From positions 1-64,000 of the IMG/VR virus record IMGVR_UViG_3300044843_001040: a stretch of 64,000 nucleotides of DNA, one strand, 5' to 3'. The first letter of the stretch is position 1. Each line of letters starts with the position of its first letter. This DNA is from an uncultured virus (IMG/VR IMGVR_UViG_3300044843_001040). Taxonomy: Duplodnaviria; Heunggongvirae; Uroviricota; Caudoviricetes. A program made the translations under genes and the position numbers. Positions 44,104 through 53,554 of the stretch are shown here, in pieces. Below the pieces are notes generated by a model. It saw nothing but the letters and a program-made list of their open reading frames with translations, searched no databases and had not been told where the DNA came from.

Positions 44104-44179
44104 TGGTCGAGGATGTACGATTTGAACGTCTCTACGTCGGTCCAGACGACGGGTGCTACCAGGTTACACTTCATCCTCG
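44104..44179 (-). tRNA. tRNA-Pro(UGG)
   Basis: CGAGGAT/ATCCTCG, CGTCG-TC TGG AC-CGACG, GTTCAAAT, CCA. Confidence 0.8.
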
Positions 44180-44224
44180 ATGAATTATTATATTATAAAG
44201 GAACAACAACCTTAATTTGTTGTA

Positions 44225-44311
44225 TGGTCCCGTCTGGGGGAATCGAACCACTTAGCTCATTGGCAACTGTTTTACAGACAGCGGATCCTCCCAGGGATCT
44301 AGTCAGACGGG
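44225..44311 (-). tRNA. tRNA-Tyr(GUA)
   Basis: CCCGTCT/AGACGGG, GCTGT-CT GTA AA-ACAGT, long variable region, GGTTCGATTCC, CCA. Confidence 0.8.
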
Positions 44312-44366
44312 ATAATTTCCCAGAGTGGGAAAATAAGCAATATTAATATGACTTATTATGCCCTAT

Positions 44367-44394
44367 AATATAACCTCAAAGTGAAGATTGTCAA
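44367..44394 (-). promoter_or_regulatory. sigma70-like promoter heading the tRNA cluster
   Basis: TTGACA-16nt-TATATT. Confidence 0.6.
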
Positions 44395-44490
44395 GGGCTG
44401 TTTATTTTTTTTAATACTGACAAGTTGCATACTTAGGGGTGTGTGAAAAAATTTAGTCGCTGGGATTCCAGCCACACTAGAATCGAGATA

Positions 44491-45189
44491 TTAGGGTTCA
44501 CTGAAAAGATCCCAGAAATCGCTGGCATCTAAACCTTGACCAGTATCTTCTAGTGGAGCTAAGTCTTGAATATTAACTTGGTCCCATGGAGTATTAACAG
44601 GAAGGGAGATCGCTGGTATAACTGACGAATACTCTCCAAATCCTAGTAAAGCTGGTTGATGATAATGATGATGAGTAATTCTCCATTTACCCAAACTATT
44701 TCCAGAAATACAAGTAAATTTAGCAGCATCTCCTGAGCCAGGATCTAAGACAAAACCAATATGACGAAACCAAGCGGTATGTGGCTCATTGGGGCGACTA
44801 CGATCAAAAAAAACAGGGTCTCCTACTTTTATCTGATAATTTCCATTTTTAACTTCGCTAAGTGGCCGATAAGTATCAAGTTTTTGCATATCAGCTATTA
44901 TTTCTACTACCCCTAAACGAAAGCCATGAGGAGGAGTTTCGTGAGGCAAAAGTGATTGTGATAAGGTAAAAGAGACTGCGGCACTACACCAATTACCCAC
45001 CCTAAATGTTTTTCCAATAGGAAATTCTTTTCCATTAACTAATCGGGTGCAAATAGAAAAGTATTCTCTAATACGAGGAGAAGTAAAAGAATTAGGTTTA
45101 TCTTCTGCTACTTTATTAGCTAATTCTTGTTGGGCGAAAGTTATACAACGTTCGCCCAACGTTAATTTAGGATTCTGCCATGGTTCCAT
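44491..45189 (-). CDS. CHAP/NlpC-P60-like cysteine amidase (possible cell-wall hydrolase)
   Basis: NWCSAAVS, GDPVFFDR, HIGFV, ISGN. Confidence 0.7.
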   Translation of the reverse strand: MEPWQNPKLTLGERCITFAQQELANKVAEDKPNSFTSPRIREYFSICTRLVNGKEFPIGKTFRVGNWCSAAVSFTLSQSLLPHETPPHGFRLGVVEIIADMQKLDTYRPLSEVKNGNYQIKVGDPVFFDRSRPNEPHTAWFRHIGFVLDPGSGDAAKFTCISGNSLGKWRITHHHYHQPALLGFGEYSSVIPAISLPVNTPWDQVNIQDLAPLEDTGQGLDASDFWDLFSEP

Positions 45190-45214
45190 GGCAGAATATT
45201 TAATAATTAGTAGA

Positions 45215-45928
45215 TTAGTTTGTTACTTTAACAAATCTGCCCCGACTATCTCTAGCAAGAACAGTATTTTTTTGCTGAGAATTTGTCTTACTAGAGGTAG
45301 TAGTAGCGGTAAAGTTACTTGTAAACGTACTAGACCCTGAACCTGATCGGAAACTTTGAGTAGTGGCACTAATACCTTTATAGACGTTACGAATTCCGAT
45401 CGAATCGGAACTATAATTAAAAGAATTATTCGCCGCCACTCCTAAAGAAGATCCCACTGAGACGGCATCAATATTAGCTCCTAAGAAAATAAACTCCCAA
45501 GAATATACTTGACGTTGATGCTCAATCATGTCTTTTATTTTAGACAAAGTATATTTTCTAGAAGAGTTCTCTTCTCCATCAGTAATAATGACAAACAATA
45601 CTTTAGAGGGTCGATCTGGTTCGGCCATCGCGGCTAGCTTTTGGCCTAAAGTATCCATGGTTAATCCAATGGCATCGAGCAAAGCGGTACCACCAGACGG
45701 TTGGTAGGTTTCTGGGGTAAGATCTGGAACTTCGGTTAAGTTAACAAAATCATGAAGGGTATGAGGAGTATAATTAAAAGTGGTAACAGTTAACGCCGCT
45801 TCACCCGGAACAAGTTTTTGTTCCGCTAAAAAGTTATTAAAGCTTCCAATGGTATCTTTAGATAGATGAGCCATCGAGCCGCTTTGGTCAATAATCATAT
45901 TGATGGAAGAAAAATTTGGTTTAGTCAT
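45215..45928 (-). CDS. von Willebrand factor A domain protein
   Basis: IDQSGSM MIDAS, GGTALLDAIG, IITDGEENSS, WEFIFLGAN. Confidence 0.9.
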   Translation of the reverse strand: MTKPNFSSINMIIDQSGSMAHLSKDTIGSFNNFLAEQKLVPGEAALTVTTFNYTPHTLHDFVNLTEVPDLTPETYQPSGGTALLDAIGLTMDTLGQKLAAMAEPDRPSKVLFVIITDGEENSSRKYTLSKIKDMIEHQRQVYSWEFIFLGANIDAVSVGSSLGVAANNSFNYSSDSIGIRNVYKGISATTQSFRSGSGSSTFTSNFTATTTSSKTNSQQKNTVLARDSRGRFVKVTN

Positions 45929-45943
45929 ACTTGTTCCTATTGT

Positions 45944-46183
45944 TTAATAAATTTCTGTATCTGGCGGTCCAACTGATAGTTCGTTTTCAATTTCTACTCC
46001 TAGAACAGGAGTAAGATTTTGTATCTGTTGTAGAGTATTGTCAAAATTGATTTCAGAAACAGATCCTAAGACAATCCCTAACTCTTCTAAAGAACTAGAA
46101 ACTGTGACGCCAAGATGTTGAAGTTCAGTTAATAAGGCCGCATCAACCTTCTCTTTGGCAGTAATAATTAAATGTATAGCCAT
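45944..46183 (-). CDS. Small hypothetical protein, subtilisin-propeptide-like
   Basis: LGVTV...LEELGIVLGSV...LGVEIE...GPPD pattern. Confidence 0.55.
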   Translation of the reverse strand: MAIHLIITAKEKVDAALLTELQHLGVTVSSSLEELGIVLGSVSEINFDNTLQQIQNLTPVLGVEIENELSVGPPDTEIY

Positions 46184-46188
46184 CTATT

Positions 46189-47742
46189 TTATATCTCCAC
46201 TGATTCTATGGTATTAATCCACAGATCTTTGTGATTTCCTAATTCCGTAAATTTAGCAATTACTTCAAAGACCGAATCAGAAAACCCGCCAATATTTAAA
46301 ATGGCATTGCCATCACTAGCTTGCACAGTACCATTAGGAGTAACATCAATACAGACCAGTTTAGCATTTTTATTACGCGACTTAAATTTAACCCATTCAG
46401 CCATGGTTGCGGTACTCCGATAACGAGTCGGATCTACCCAAGATTCATTATCGGAGACATAGATAACTAGGTCTCCGGAAGCCTGTGTATTATTAAGATG
46501 ACGCAAAGCAATTGAACAATCCGTTCCACCTCCACCAAAATTAGATAATTTCTGAGCATTAGTCATGACAGAATCCCATGGATTCAATCGATGGGAATGA
46601 ACTTGAGTATCAAAAGGAATAATTTCGGCATTAGGATTCTTTCGCATAATGGCTGCTGCGACTAAAGCTGCGACATCAATACATCGCATTTTACTAGTAA
46701 CACTGCCTCGATGACCTGTCACCGGAGAACTCATAGAGCCAGAAGTATCAACCATAACATATACTTGACCTGGAAAGGTAGGGATATTTTCCATCGAAAT
46801 CTCGGCTGCTTGTTGCAAAGCGATAGAGACCGAAGAAGGAATCGTTGAGTTCATATTTTTGAAAGCAGTAAATAACTGATACGGGAACACTTTCGCTTTC
46901 TCAACTTGGTGTGCATCTTGCAATTTATTGGCCAGAAGTTGCGTCAGTTTGGCATCTTTAAAAACGCCATGACGCTCAAAAGTATTGAGATTCAATCGAG
47001 TTTGGGTCCAAGTGGCATTAGCTGCAATTTGCTTCCAATGACTGTCAGTCAATGGCAACTGTGTTAACATTTGAAATGGAACGTCTGGTATTTCTGATCC
47101 CATTTCCTTTTTAAAAAGTTCAAACTGCTTTGCTAGTTGACATAAGTGCTGAGGATTATATTTCTTATCTAGAAGATATCCATATAAAGCTGAACGAGAT
47201 TCGCTATTTGGTTTAGGATGCACCATCTTAATGATGTCTTTTAATGATGGATCTTGGCCCACATCGGCGTTAAACAGCTGCTCATCTGTTAAGGATGCTA
47301 AATATTGTTGGATTAATTTCTTCGGGCGGGTACCTAAGGATTTACGACCAGTCACTCCGGAACGGAGTACTTGAACAAAGTTCCGCAACATTTTGGGACT
47401 ATCAATAACTTGAGGAAAGATTCGTGATAAAAGCGCTGAATCTTTACCAGCCACTACCGCTGCTAAGACAGCTGGCATATCTTTCATTAAACCTTGTTGA
47501 CGAGAATACACTGCTAACTTGGCTACATACTTGGGGCTCAATTTATTAGCCAACTCGATAACTTTTTCTAATTGATGTTCGGCTGATACATAATAGGTGC
47601 CATTAAAACAGCCGGTCATGGCTAATTGAGCCAGGGCTGCCTTATCTGACATGGCATAAGCTGATCCTCCGGCATTATTAGTAGTATTGGTGACAGGTGC
47701 TGCGACAGTAGATTTAGAGTTGAATAATTTCTTGGAAGCCAT
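46189..47742 (-). CDS. rsr: Ro60 / TROVE-domain RNA-binding protein (Rsr-like)
   Basis: NNAGGSAY, LAQLAMTGCFNGTYY, MKDMPA, KMLRNFVQ, KMVHPKP, NLNTF.RHGVF, FPYQL; C-terminal vWA VDTSGSM, GGGTDC, SDNESW, IGGFSD. Confidence 0.93.
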   Translation of the reverse strand: MASKKLFNSKSTVAAPVTNTTNNAGGSAYAMSDKAALAQLAMTGCFNGTYYVSAEHQLEKVIELANKLSPKYVAKLAVYSRQQGLMKDMPAVLAAVVAGKDSALLSRIFPQVIDSPKMLRNFVQVLRSGVTGRKSLGTRPKKLIQQYLASLTDEQLFNADVGQDPSLKDIIKMVHPKPNSESRSALYGYLLDKKYNPQHLCQLAKQFELFKKEMGSEIPDVPFQMLTQLPLTDSHWKQIAANATWTQTRLNLNTFERHGVFKDAKLTQLLANKLQDAHQVEKAKVFPYQLFTAFKNMNSTIPSSVSIALQQAAEISMENIPTFPGQVYVMVDTSGSMSSPVTGHRGSVTSKMRCIDVAALVAAAIMRKNPNAEIIPFDTQVHSHRLNPWDSVMTNAQKLSNFGGGGTDCSIALRHLNNTQASGDLVIYVSDNESWVDPTRYRSTATMAEWVKFKSRNKNAKLVCIDVTPNGTVQASDGNAILNIGGFSDSVFEVIAKFTELGNHKDLWINTIESVEI

Positions 47743-47775
47743 AAAAATCCTTTATTTGTAAATAAATACAACAAT

Positions 47776-48306
47776 TTAAGATTGAAGAGTTAATCGTTTG
47801 CCTTGCACGGCAATTGTATTGAGATGTTGTGGGGTTAAGGTAAACTGTCTAATTTTACTAATCGGTAACATTTTACGAAAATGTTCTTTAGTTTGTGCCA
47901 GGCCACAACGCTGACGATTTGAATAAGTCCCAGGCACAATGACACGCTTACTATTAATAAGCCCAGATAGATAAAGAACACCAGTCTGATGATGCTTTTT
48001 AATTCCCGAAATGATTTGACCATTGGGACCTGTAACTTGGGTATATATCGCATGTGGAGATTTTTTAGACAGAGAATTATTTAATTCTCTCATTAATTGT
48101 TGCTTGGCTTGTGCCTCTATATCAAAGGAGGTTTCTATTTTAGAAAGAATAGAAATAGATCGTAATAGTGCATTACGATAATTGATATTGAAAATAATAT
48201 TGTAATCCGCTAACTCTTGATTATTATTTCGATAACCTAACAGGGTTATAAACGTTGATCCTTGACGGATCGTTGACAATTCCGATAATAGCTTTTCTTG
48301 ATCCAA
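47776..48306 (-). CDS. Hypothetical phage protein
   Basis: TTG start with GGGAG SD and upstream promoter. Confidence 0.7.
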   Translation of the reverse strand: MDQEKLLSELSTIRQGSTFITLLGYRNNNQELADYNIIFNINYRNALLRSISILSKIETSFDIEAQAKQQLMRELNNSLSKKSPHAIYTQVTGPNGQIISGIKKHHQTGVLYLSGLINSKRVIVPGTYSNRQRCGLAQTKEHFRKMLPISKIRQFTLTPQHLNTIAVQGKRLTLQS

Positions 48307-48330
48307 GGTGCGACTCCCTTTCGTCCACCT

Positions 48331-48358
48331 AAGGTAAAAACTATAAATTGGCTGTCAA
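48331..48358 (-). promoter_or_regulatory. sigma70-like promoter heading the Ro60 gene run
   Basis: TTGACA-16nt-TACCTT with upstream AT tract. Confidence 0.5.
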
Positions 48359-48379
48359 GGCCGGGCGCATTTTTAAAAA

Positions 48380-48544
48380 TTAGTCTCGAAGCACGGTGCA
48401 GCGACCCTCGCAAGTACATTCCAATACCATGGTATCTTCTTGAACTTTTTCAAGGTCTTCTTCTTCGTCAAAGGTGACGCTAATAATCATATGACAGGAG
48501 TCACATTTAAATAAAAATTTTCGAGACGGAAAACTGTAGTCCAT
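48380..48544 (-). CDS. Small Cys-rich protein (54 aa, below ORF-track cutoff)
   Basis: MDYSFPSRKFLFKCDSCHM...LECTCEGRCTVLRD. Confidence 0.55.
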   Translation of the reverse strand: MDYSFPSRKFLFKCDSCHMIISVTFDEEEDLEKVQEDTMVLECTCEGRCTVLRD

Positions 48545-48563
48545 AATTATAATGTTTCAAAAA

Positions 48564-49454
48564 TCATATTTTCAAACAATGAGGGCTAAACCAAATTCTT
48601 TCTTTATCTGAGTTAGCTCTACCACGAGTATTAGAAGCATTAGCAAAACCCCCATTAGTTTTCCATGCCACCGTTTCCCAAGTATCTGGGAAAGTTAACT
48701 CGCTGTCATAACCGCATAAAGCAATTCTTACATTCGGTAAATCTCCATGGTCTAATGCCCATTGATAAACTTGAGGAAAAATATTAGACTCCTCTAAATA
48801 AACCTTATCTCGACCTGAGGTCAGGTAAGGTGGGTCTAAAAAAATAGCGGTCACATCATTGTGAGACAAGCCTTTATTTTTAAAAGTAATCGAGGGGGAC
48901 ATGACACGTTCCCAATCACCACAGGCTACTCTTACTCGTCTCAATCTAGTTTGTAAAGCAGTAAACCAATCAAAAATATTATGAGTTAATCCGTGAATGC
49001 CTGAACCGGCGGAAGAGAGTAAGGGTAAAGAATTTACACCATATGGGTTCATCCAACTGGATCCAATCGAGGCGCTGATTCCCCAGACCCACCATCCGGC
49101 AATTTTTAGATCATAAAAATCTGGATTATGATCCATTTGATATTTAAAGTCATCAGTAGCATCAGATACTAACCAATGATGACGGGCATGCAAATCAGCC
49201 TCATTGACTGGATGGTCGGCAAATTTAGCAACTCCTGCTGGGTCGATGGTGATAGCTCGCCAAAAATTAGCAATAAAATGATTTTTATCATTAATAGTTT
49301 CAATTTTGGCTGGATGAGGATTAGCTAACAAGACAGCTAATGAACCGGCAAAAGGTTCGATATAATTGGAAACATGACCCAATCTTGACCAAATCAAATC
49401 AGCGACCTTGCTTTTTCCTCCAAAAAAGGGAAAAGGAGATTTTATTTTACTCAT
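48564..49454 (-). CDS. DNA adenine methyltransferase (Dam/D12-like)
   Basis: PFPFFGGKS, YIEPFAGS, ETIND, FLDPPY. Confidence 0.88.
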   Translation of the reverse strand: MSKIKSPFPFFGGKSKVADLIWSRLGHVSNYIEPFAGSLAVLLANPHPAKIETINDKNHFIANFWRAITIDPAGVAKFADHPVNEADLHARHHWLVSDATDDFKYQMDHNPDFYDLKIAGWWVWGISASIGSSWMNPYGVNSLPLLSSAGSGIHGLTHNIFDWFTALQTRLRRVRVACGDWERVMSPSITFKNKGLSHNDVTAIFLDPPYLTSGRDKVYLEESNIFPQVYQWALDHGDLPNVRIALCGYDSELTFPDTWETVAWKTNGGFANASNTRGRANSDKERIWFSPHCLKI

Positions 49455-49486
49455 AAAACTATATATACCATAAAGACAAGGTACAC

Positions 49487-51028
49487 ATGAGCCAACTATC
49501 TACAATCTTAAAATTAGCTGATTTATTTTATCGAAGGGTCTTGCGGTCTCTCGGTCAAACTACATATTATACTATGCCAGATGATGACACGGGAGAGGAT
49601 GACTTTTCTTTAACTGGAAATATTGAAGCTGATTATGACTCCATTGATATTAAAAATCCAGAATTATTTTCTTTATTAGAAGCATTCTATAATCAATATA
49701 ATGTATTTATGGATACTTTAGAAGAGGAAGATGAGGATGTAGGTAATTCTATTGAAGTGTATGATACCTTTAAAAGGTTGTATGAAAAGTTACTGAATAA
49801 TGCGTATATTGGAAGTTCGTCATTTTTAGAGAATGAGGATATAGATCCTGCTTCATTAAATAAATTTATTGAAAATGTTTTTAACGATGTGTACCAGCAT
49901 ATTAAAAAACATGAAGAAGACGGTGTGTCTGAAGCAGAAATGATGGCTTTGGTATTACCGGAAGAATTTGGTTATTCGACTGAAATGGAAGGTAATCCTA
50001 ATGCTGAGGGTTATCGGGCTAAAAGAATGCACGATGCCTCTGAAAAAGCCAAAGAAACACTTGAATTGTATAAGACTAATCCTCTATTTAAAAAGAAATA
50101 CGAAGCATTACAAGCGGCAGCTAGAAAAAGATATTTAAAAATGAAAGCCGACCCAGAAAAATGGAAATTGCATCAAGCTAAAAGACAAGCATGGTATCAA
50201 GAGACGCAAAAAGATAAAGATAAATATGATTCAATATTAGCTAGAGAAAAATCTAGACAAACAGAATTACGTAAAAAAATGAAAGAAGATCCTGAACTTT
50301 ATGTTCAATATCGAGATAAAATAAGAAGTGCTGTTCAAGAAACTAGAAAAAAACGAGTGGTAGACATTGAACAACTAGCTATTGTATATAAAGCTAATGC
50401 TGCTAAAATTGGCTTATTACCAGATAACGACCCAGAAAAGTCGAAACTAATAAATGAAAATAAAAAATTACAGCAAAAAATGACTGCTATTGCTAAAGTT
50501 TTAGCAGCTACAGAGCAAAGTAGCTTTCATGTATCACGTGAAAAAGAAATAGAAGATAGAAAAGTTCGTCGAGATTCTGGCACTTTGGATGGTGTCAATT
50601 TGAGTTTAAAACAAAAAACTCAAAGCGCAAAAAGTGAAATTAAAAAGAAATTGCTAAAAAGCGTAGATAAACATCCAGAAATTATTGAGATACGTTTAAA
50701 AATAACAGCGGCCTTTGCGTTATTCAAAGAATCCCCAACTGAGGAGAATAAAGAGAATTTAAAGAGATTAGAAGCAATAGCTAAAAATATGGCTGATACA
50801 TTAGTGAATGTAAACCCTATTTTTATCAAGGCTAGTGAAGATATTAATCAAATTGAAAATTTTAGAAAAATGGTAGAGAAAGTAGTTAAACAAGAATCTT
50901 TACCATTCTCAATAGAAGAATTGATATCTATGGGAGAAAAGTTAATAGTTAACTTTAATAAAGAGAAAGAATATAAATCTCCACTTAATGCTTTGCAAGT
51001 AGTCTTAGACTCCTTAAGGAACCAATGA
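49487..51028 (+). CDS. Hypothetical coiled-coil protein
   Basis: 513 aa ORF with acidic N-terminal half and K/E/R-rich helices. Confidence 0.75.
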   Translation: MSQLSTILKLADLFYRRVLRSLGQTTYYTMPDDDTGEDDFSLTGNIEADYDSIDIKNPELFSLLEAFYNQYNVFMDTLEEEDEDVGNSIEVYDTFKRLYEKLLNNAYIGSSSFLENEDIDPASLNKFIENVFNDVYQHIKKHEEDGVSEAEMMALVLPEEFGYSTEMEGNPNAEGYRAKRMHDASEKAKETLELYKTNPLFKKKYEALQAAARKRYLKMKADPEKWKLHQAKRQAWYQETQKDKDKYDSILAREKSRQTELRKKMKEDPELYVQYRDKIRSAVQETRKKRVVDIEQLAIVYKANAAKIGLLPDNDPEKSKLINENKKLQQKMTAIAKVLAATEQSSFHVSREKEIEDRKVRRDSGTLDGVNLSLKQKTQSAKSEIKKKLLKSVDKHPEIIEIRLKITAAFALFKESPTEENKENLKRLEAIAKNMADTLVNVNPIFIKASEDINQIENFRKMVEKVVKQESLPFSIEELISMGEKLIVNFNKEKEYKSPLNALQVVLDSLRNQ

Positions 51029-51222
51029 AAAATAAAAAAATAGCTTTCTTAGATGATAGAAACCTCAAACTAACTGCTGAAGAAGAAGCCGCATTAAGAA
51101 GAGCCTCTCCAGAAGTATTAGCCGAAGCAGAAGCATATAGTTCTGCAGTTATTGATAAGGTTATTCAAGAATTAATTGATGAAGAGGATAAAAAATTAGC
51201 TGCTATTTTAGCTCAAGAATAA
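51025..51222 (+). CDS. Hypothetical protein
   Basis: ATGA overlap with the previous gene. Confidence 0.6.
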   Translation: MKNKKIAFLDDRNLKLTAEEEAALRRASPEVLAEAEAYSSAVIDKVIQELIDEEDKKLAAILAQE

Positions 51223-51815
51223 GGTTGTTGAGATAATAACCCAGTTAAAATTTCATTTACTTTATTTAAATTCTTCACTAAAAAGATAGAGTTCTTACTA
51301 CCAATTTGTCTCATGTAATTATTATTTTCTCCTGGAATAGAGAAATTAAATTCTATCCATCTTTCTTTTGGTAAGCAATCAGCGGAAGACAACCAAAAAC
51401 AATAATCTCTAATAACTGAGGCGCCAATGTTTTCATAATCTTGATAATCGGCTGGATTATTAAGACGGTTAACAAAGATTACCATATCTTGATGGTAATC
51501 AAATAACTCAGTAAAATCTTTGGGAGAAAAGAGACCATCGATTACAAACTGATGTGTCTGATAATTTTTTTTATTAATTGAAATAATATCTTGAATATTG
51601 CTAACAATTAGTTTGGGATTTTCTTTTATTCTTTCTAACAGCCAAGTATGTTTAGCGTCTTGATATTGACTTATCGTTTCTGATTCTAATGGCTCTCTAA
51701 AAGAGGAGAGAATCCAAGACGTAGCATCAATATATCCATAATTATGATGGGACGCAATATATTTGGCCACGGTGGTTCTTCCACTTTGGGGCATACCTAT
51801 CAGAAAAATTTGCAT
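51213..51815 (-). CDS. P-loop nucleotide-kinase-like protein
   Basis: IFLIGMPQSGRTTVAK (R in place of the Walker A K), FVIDG. Confidence 0.65.
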   Translation of the reverse strand: MQIFLIGMPQSGRTTVAKYIASHHNYGYIDATSWILSSFREPLESETISQYQDAKHTWLLERIKENPKLIVSNIQDIISINKKNYQTHQFVIDGLFSPKDFTELFDYHQDMVIFVNRLNNPADYQDYENIGASVIRDYCFWLSSADCLPKERWIEFNFSIPGENNNYMRQIGSKNSIFLVKNLNKVNEILTGLLSQQPYS

Positions 51816-51822
51816 AATAATC

Positions 51823-52650
51823 CTAATATTTTAGGCAATTAAAAGTTGTCACATACTTATGCCAAGACTTATCATTAGTAATGGATTCAAATTTCATTTC
51901 TTGAAATGCTTGATGCAAAGCATCAAAATTAGCATGACCATCCAGCAAAATAATTTCTTCTTCAGGAACGTGTCTAAATTCAATTAATTGTCGATTAATA
52001 TTGAAATTGGCACGATTTTCTTCGATCGAAAGAAAAGATTGAAATAGTTGAGGATGACTAATAGTGTCTAAAGCTTTTTTAGGTTTTAAGATGCCAGGAA
52101 TATTATCTGACTTATCTCCTACTAAACATTTATGAGCGACATAAGGATAAGGTGGCGCTTCGACAAATATTTTTTTAATGGGATTATAAATTTGAATATG
52201 AGGATAATTTCTTTGTAATAACTGAGTAAAATCAGAATCGCTACTGATAATAGTTAATGACTCTAACTGCATATTATCACACAGAGTGGCAATCACATCA
52301 TCGGCTTCATAAGCTTCCGCTCGACATAAAGTGATGGGAAGAAATTGCATTAATTGCAATATTTTTTCTTTAGTGGCGTAAAACTTATCTCGAGTTTCTT
52401 GTTTAGAAGCTTGTTTGATAATTCTGTTGGCTTTATAATCGGCGAATAGATCGTATCTAAATTGAGGATGACCTTCTAAGACGAAGAAGCATTTATGTGG
52501 TTTAAAATCTTCAATGATTGGCCTGAGATTTCTAAAGAAGTTAAAAGTAAAGATAGTAGTATCATCCACATCGGCTACTGGTGGTACTCCAAATTTGATA
52601 CAGGCTCTCCAGATAAAATTTAAACCATCAATTAATAAAATATTGTCCAT
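51823..52650 (-). CDS. 5'-3' exonuclease / flap endonuclease (T4 RNase H-like)
   Basis: LLIDG.N, YKANR, YEADDVIA, ISSDSDF.QL, GDKSDNIPGI. Confidence 0.92.
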   Translation of the reverse strand: MDNILLIDGLNFIWRACIKFGVPPVADVDDTTIFTFNFFRNLRPIIEDFKPHKCFFVLEGHPQFRYDLFADYKANRIIKQASKQETRDKFYATKEKILQLMQFLPITLCRAEAYEADDVIATLCDNMQLESLTIISSDSDFTQLLQRNYPHIQIYNPIKKIFVEAPPYPYVAHKCLVGDKSDNIPGILKPKKALDTISHPQLFQSFLSIEENRANFNINRQLIEFRHVPEEEIILLDGHANFDALHQAFQEMKFESITNDKSWHKYVTTFNCLKY

Positions 52651-52651
52651 C

Positions 52652-52972
52652 TTATTGGAGAACTTTCAAACGCAATAATCTAAAATTGTACAGGCTCATT
52701 TGGTTAAGTAACCAATCTGATCCTACTTCAATACGACGAGTAGAATTAATATAAACTGGTTTGCCCCAAGCTTTTCGATAAGCATTGGGATATTGAATCT
52801 TATCCCCTGATTTATTTTGATAATGATAGGACTCACCTACTAATATAGGTGGGCTATCTCCATCAATAATAGAGATGGGGCAATTGGATTCGGCATTTAC
52901 CGATTTCCTAATTTCTCTCTTAATTAGTCGTGATAGATTTTTTTTTTCTGTTAATTTTAACATTAGTTGCAC
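52652..52972 (-). CDS. Hypothetical protein ending FRLLRLKVLQ
   Basis: ORF in run. Confidence 0.65.
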   Translation of the reverse strand: MQLMLKLTEKKNLSRLIKREIRKSVNAESNCPISIIDGDSPPILVGESYHYQNKSGDKIQYPNAYRKAWGKPVYINSTRRIEVGSDWLLNQMSLYNFRLLRLKVLQ

Positions 52973-53003
52973 CTAAGGCTGTCAATTTAAACGCATTGAT
53001 AAT

Positions 53004-53345
53004 ATGAATAAAACGGGATACATGTTAAGATGGGCTTGGCTTTATCAACAAAAGCAAGCCGCTAAACCTGAGATTAATTTAGTTAAAAAAATAGTCAGAA
53101 ACTCTATTGAAGATCTCTTCAAAAAGTTTCCATTAGTTATGGATGGTTTAGTCTATGTATCTCATGTTACTATGCCAGCTGAACAGACGATAGCTTTTAC
53201 TCTTAATCTAGACAAGAATAAACAAGAGACTATTAATAAACATAAAGAAAAAAGAGATAAGTTAATTAACTTAGCAGTTAAAAGTTCTTTGAAAGAAAAC
53301 TTTCAAAAGGATTTTGATTTAGGATTTCAAGAAATTTTGGTTTAA
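53004..53345 (+). CDS. Hypothetical protein
   Basis: ORF fills the gap between minus-strand genes. Confidence 0.6.
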   Translation: MNKTGYMLRWAWLYQQKQAAKPEINLVKKIVRNSIEDLFKKFPLVMDGLVYVSHVTMPAEQTIAFTLNLDKNKQETINKHKEKRDKLINLAVKSSLKENFQKDFDLGFQEILV

Positions 53346-53554
53346 TTTTTAATTATATCCGGCTCGGTAATATGTCGGGTTAATCTTTCAAACTCAGTAA
53401 AAATAATAACCGATATTAAATACATCCCTTTTCTTTCTTCATTTTGAGCATTGCGAACACATGAGGCAAATAAGTTCTGTCTAATTTGTAGTAGACGTTC
53501 CTTATTAGCCTCATTTATTTCTTCAATGTCTAGAAAGGTGTTTTTTATTGACAT
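53342..53554 (-). CDS. Hypothetical protein
   Basis: TAATG overlap with the upstream gene. Confidence 0.55.
   Translation of the reverse strand: MSIKNTFLDIEEINEANKERLLQIRQNLFASCVRNAQNEERKGMYLISVIIFTEFERLTRHITEPDIIKN

Noticed and set aside
44113..44346. 77 aa plus-strand ORF
   Set aside because: Antisense to tRNA-Pro and tRNA-Tyr.
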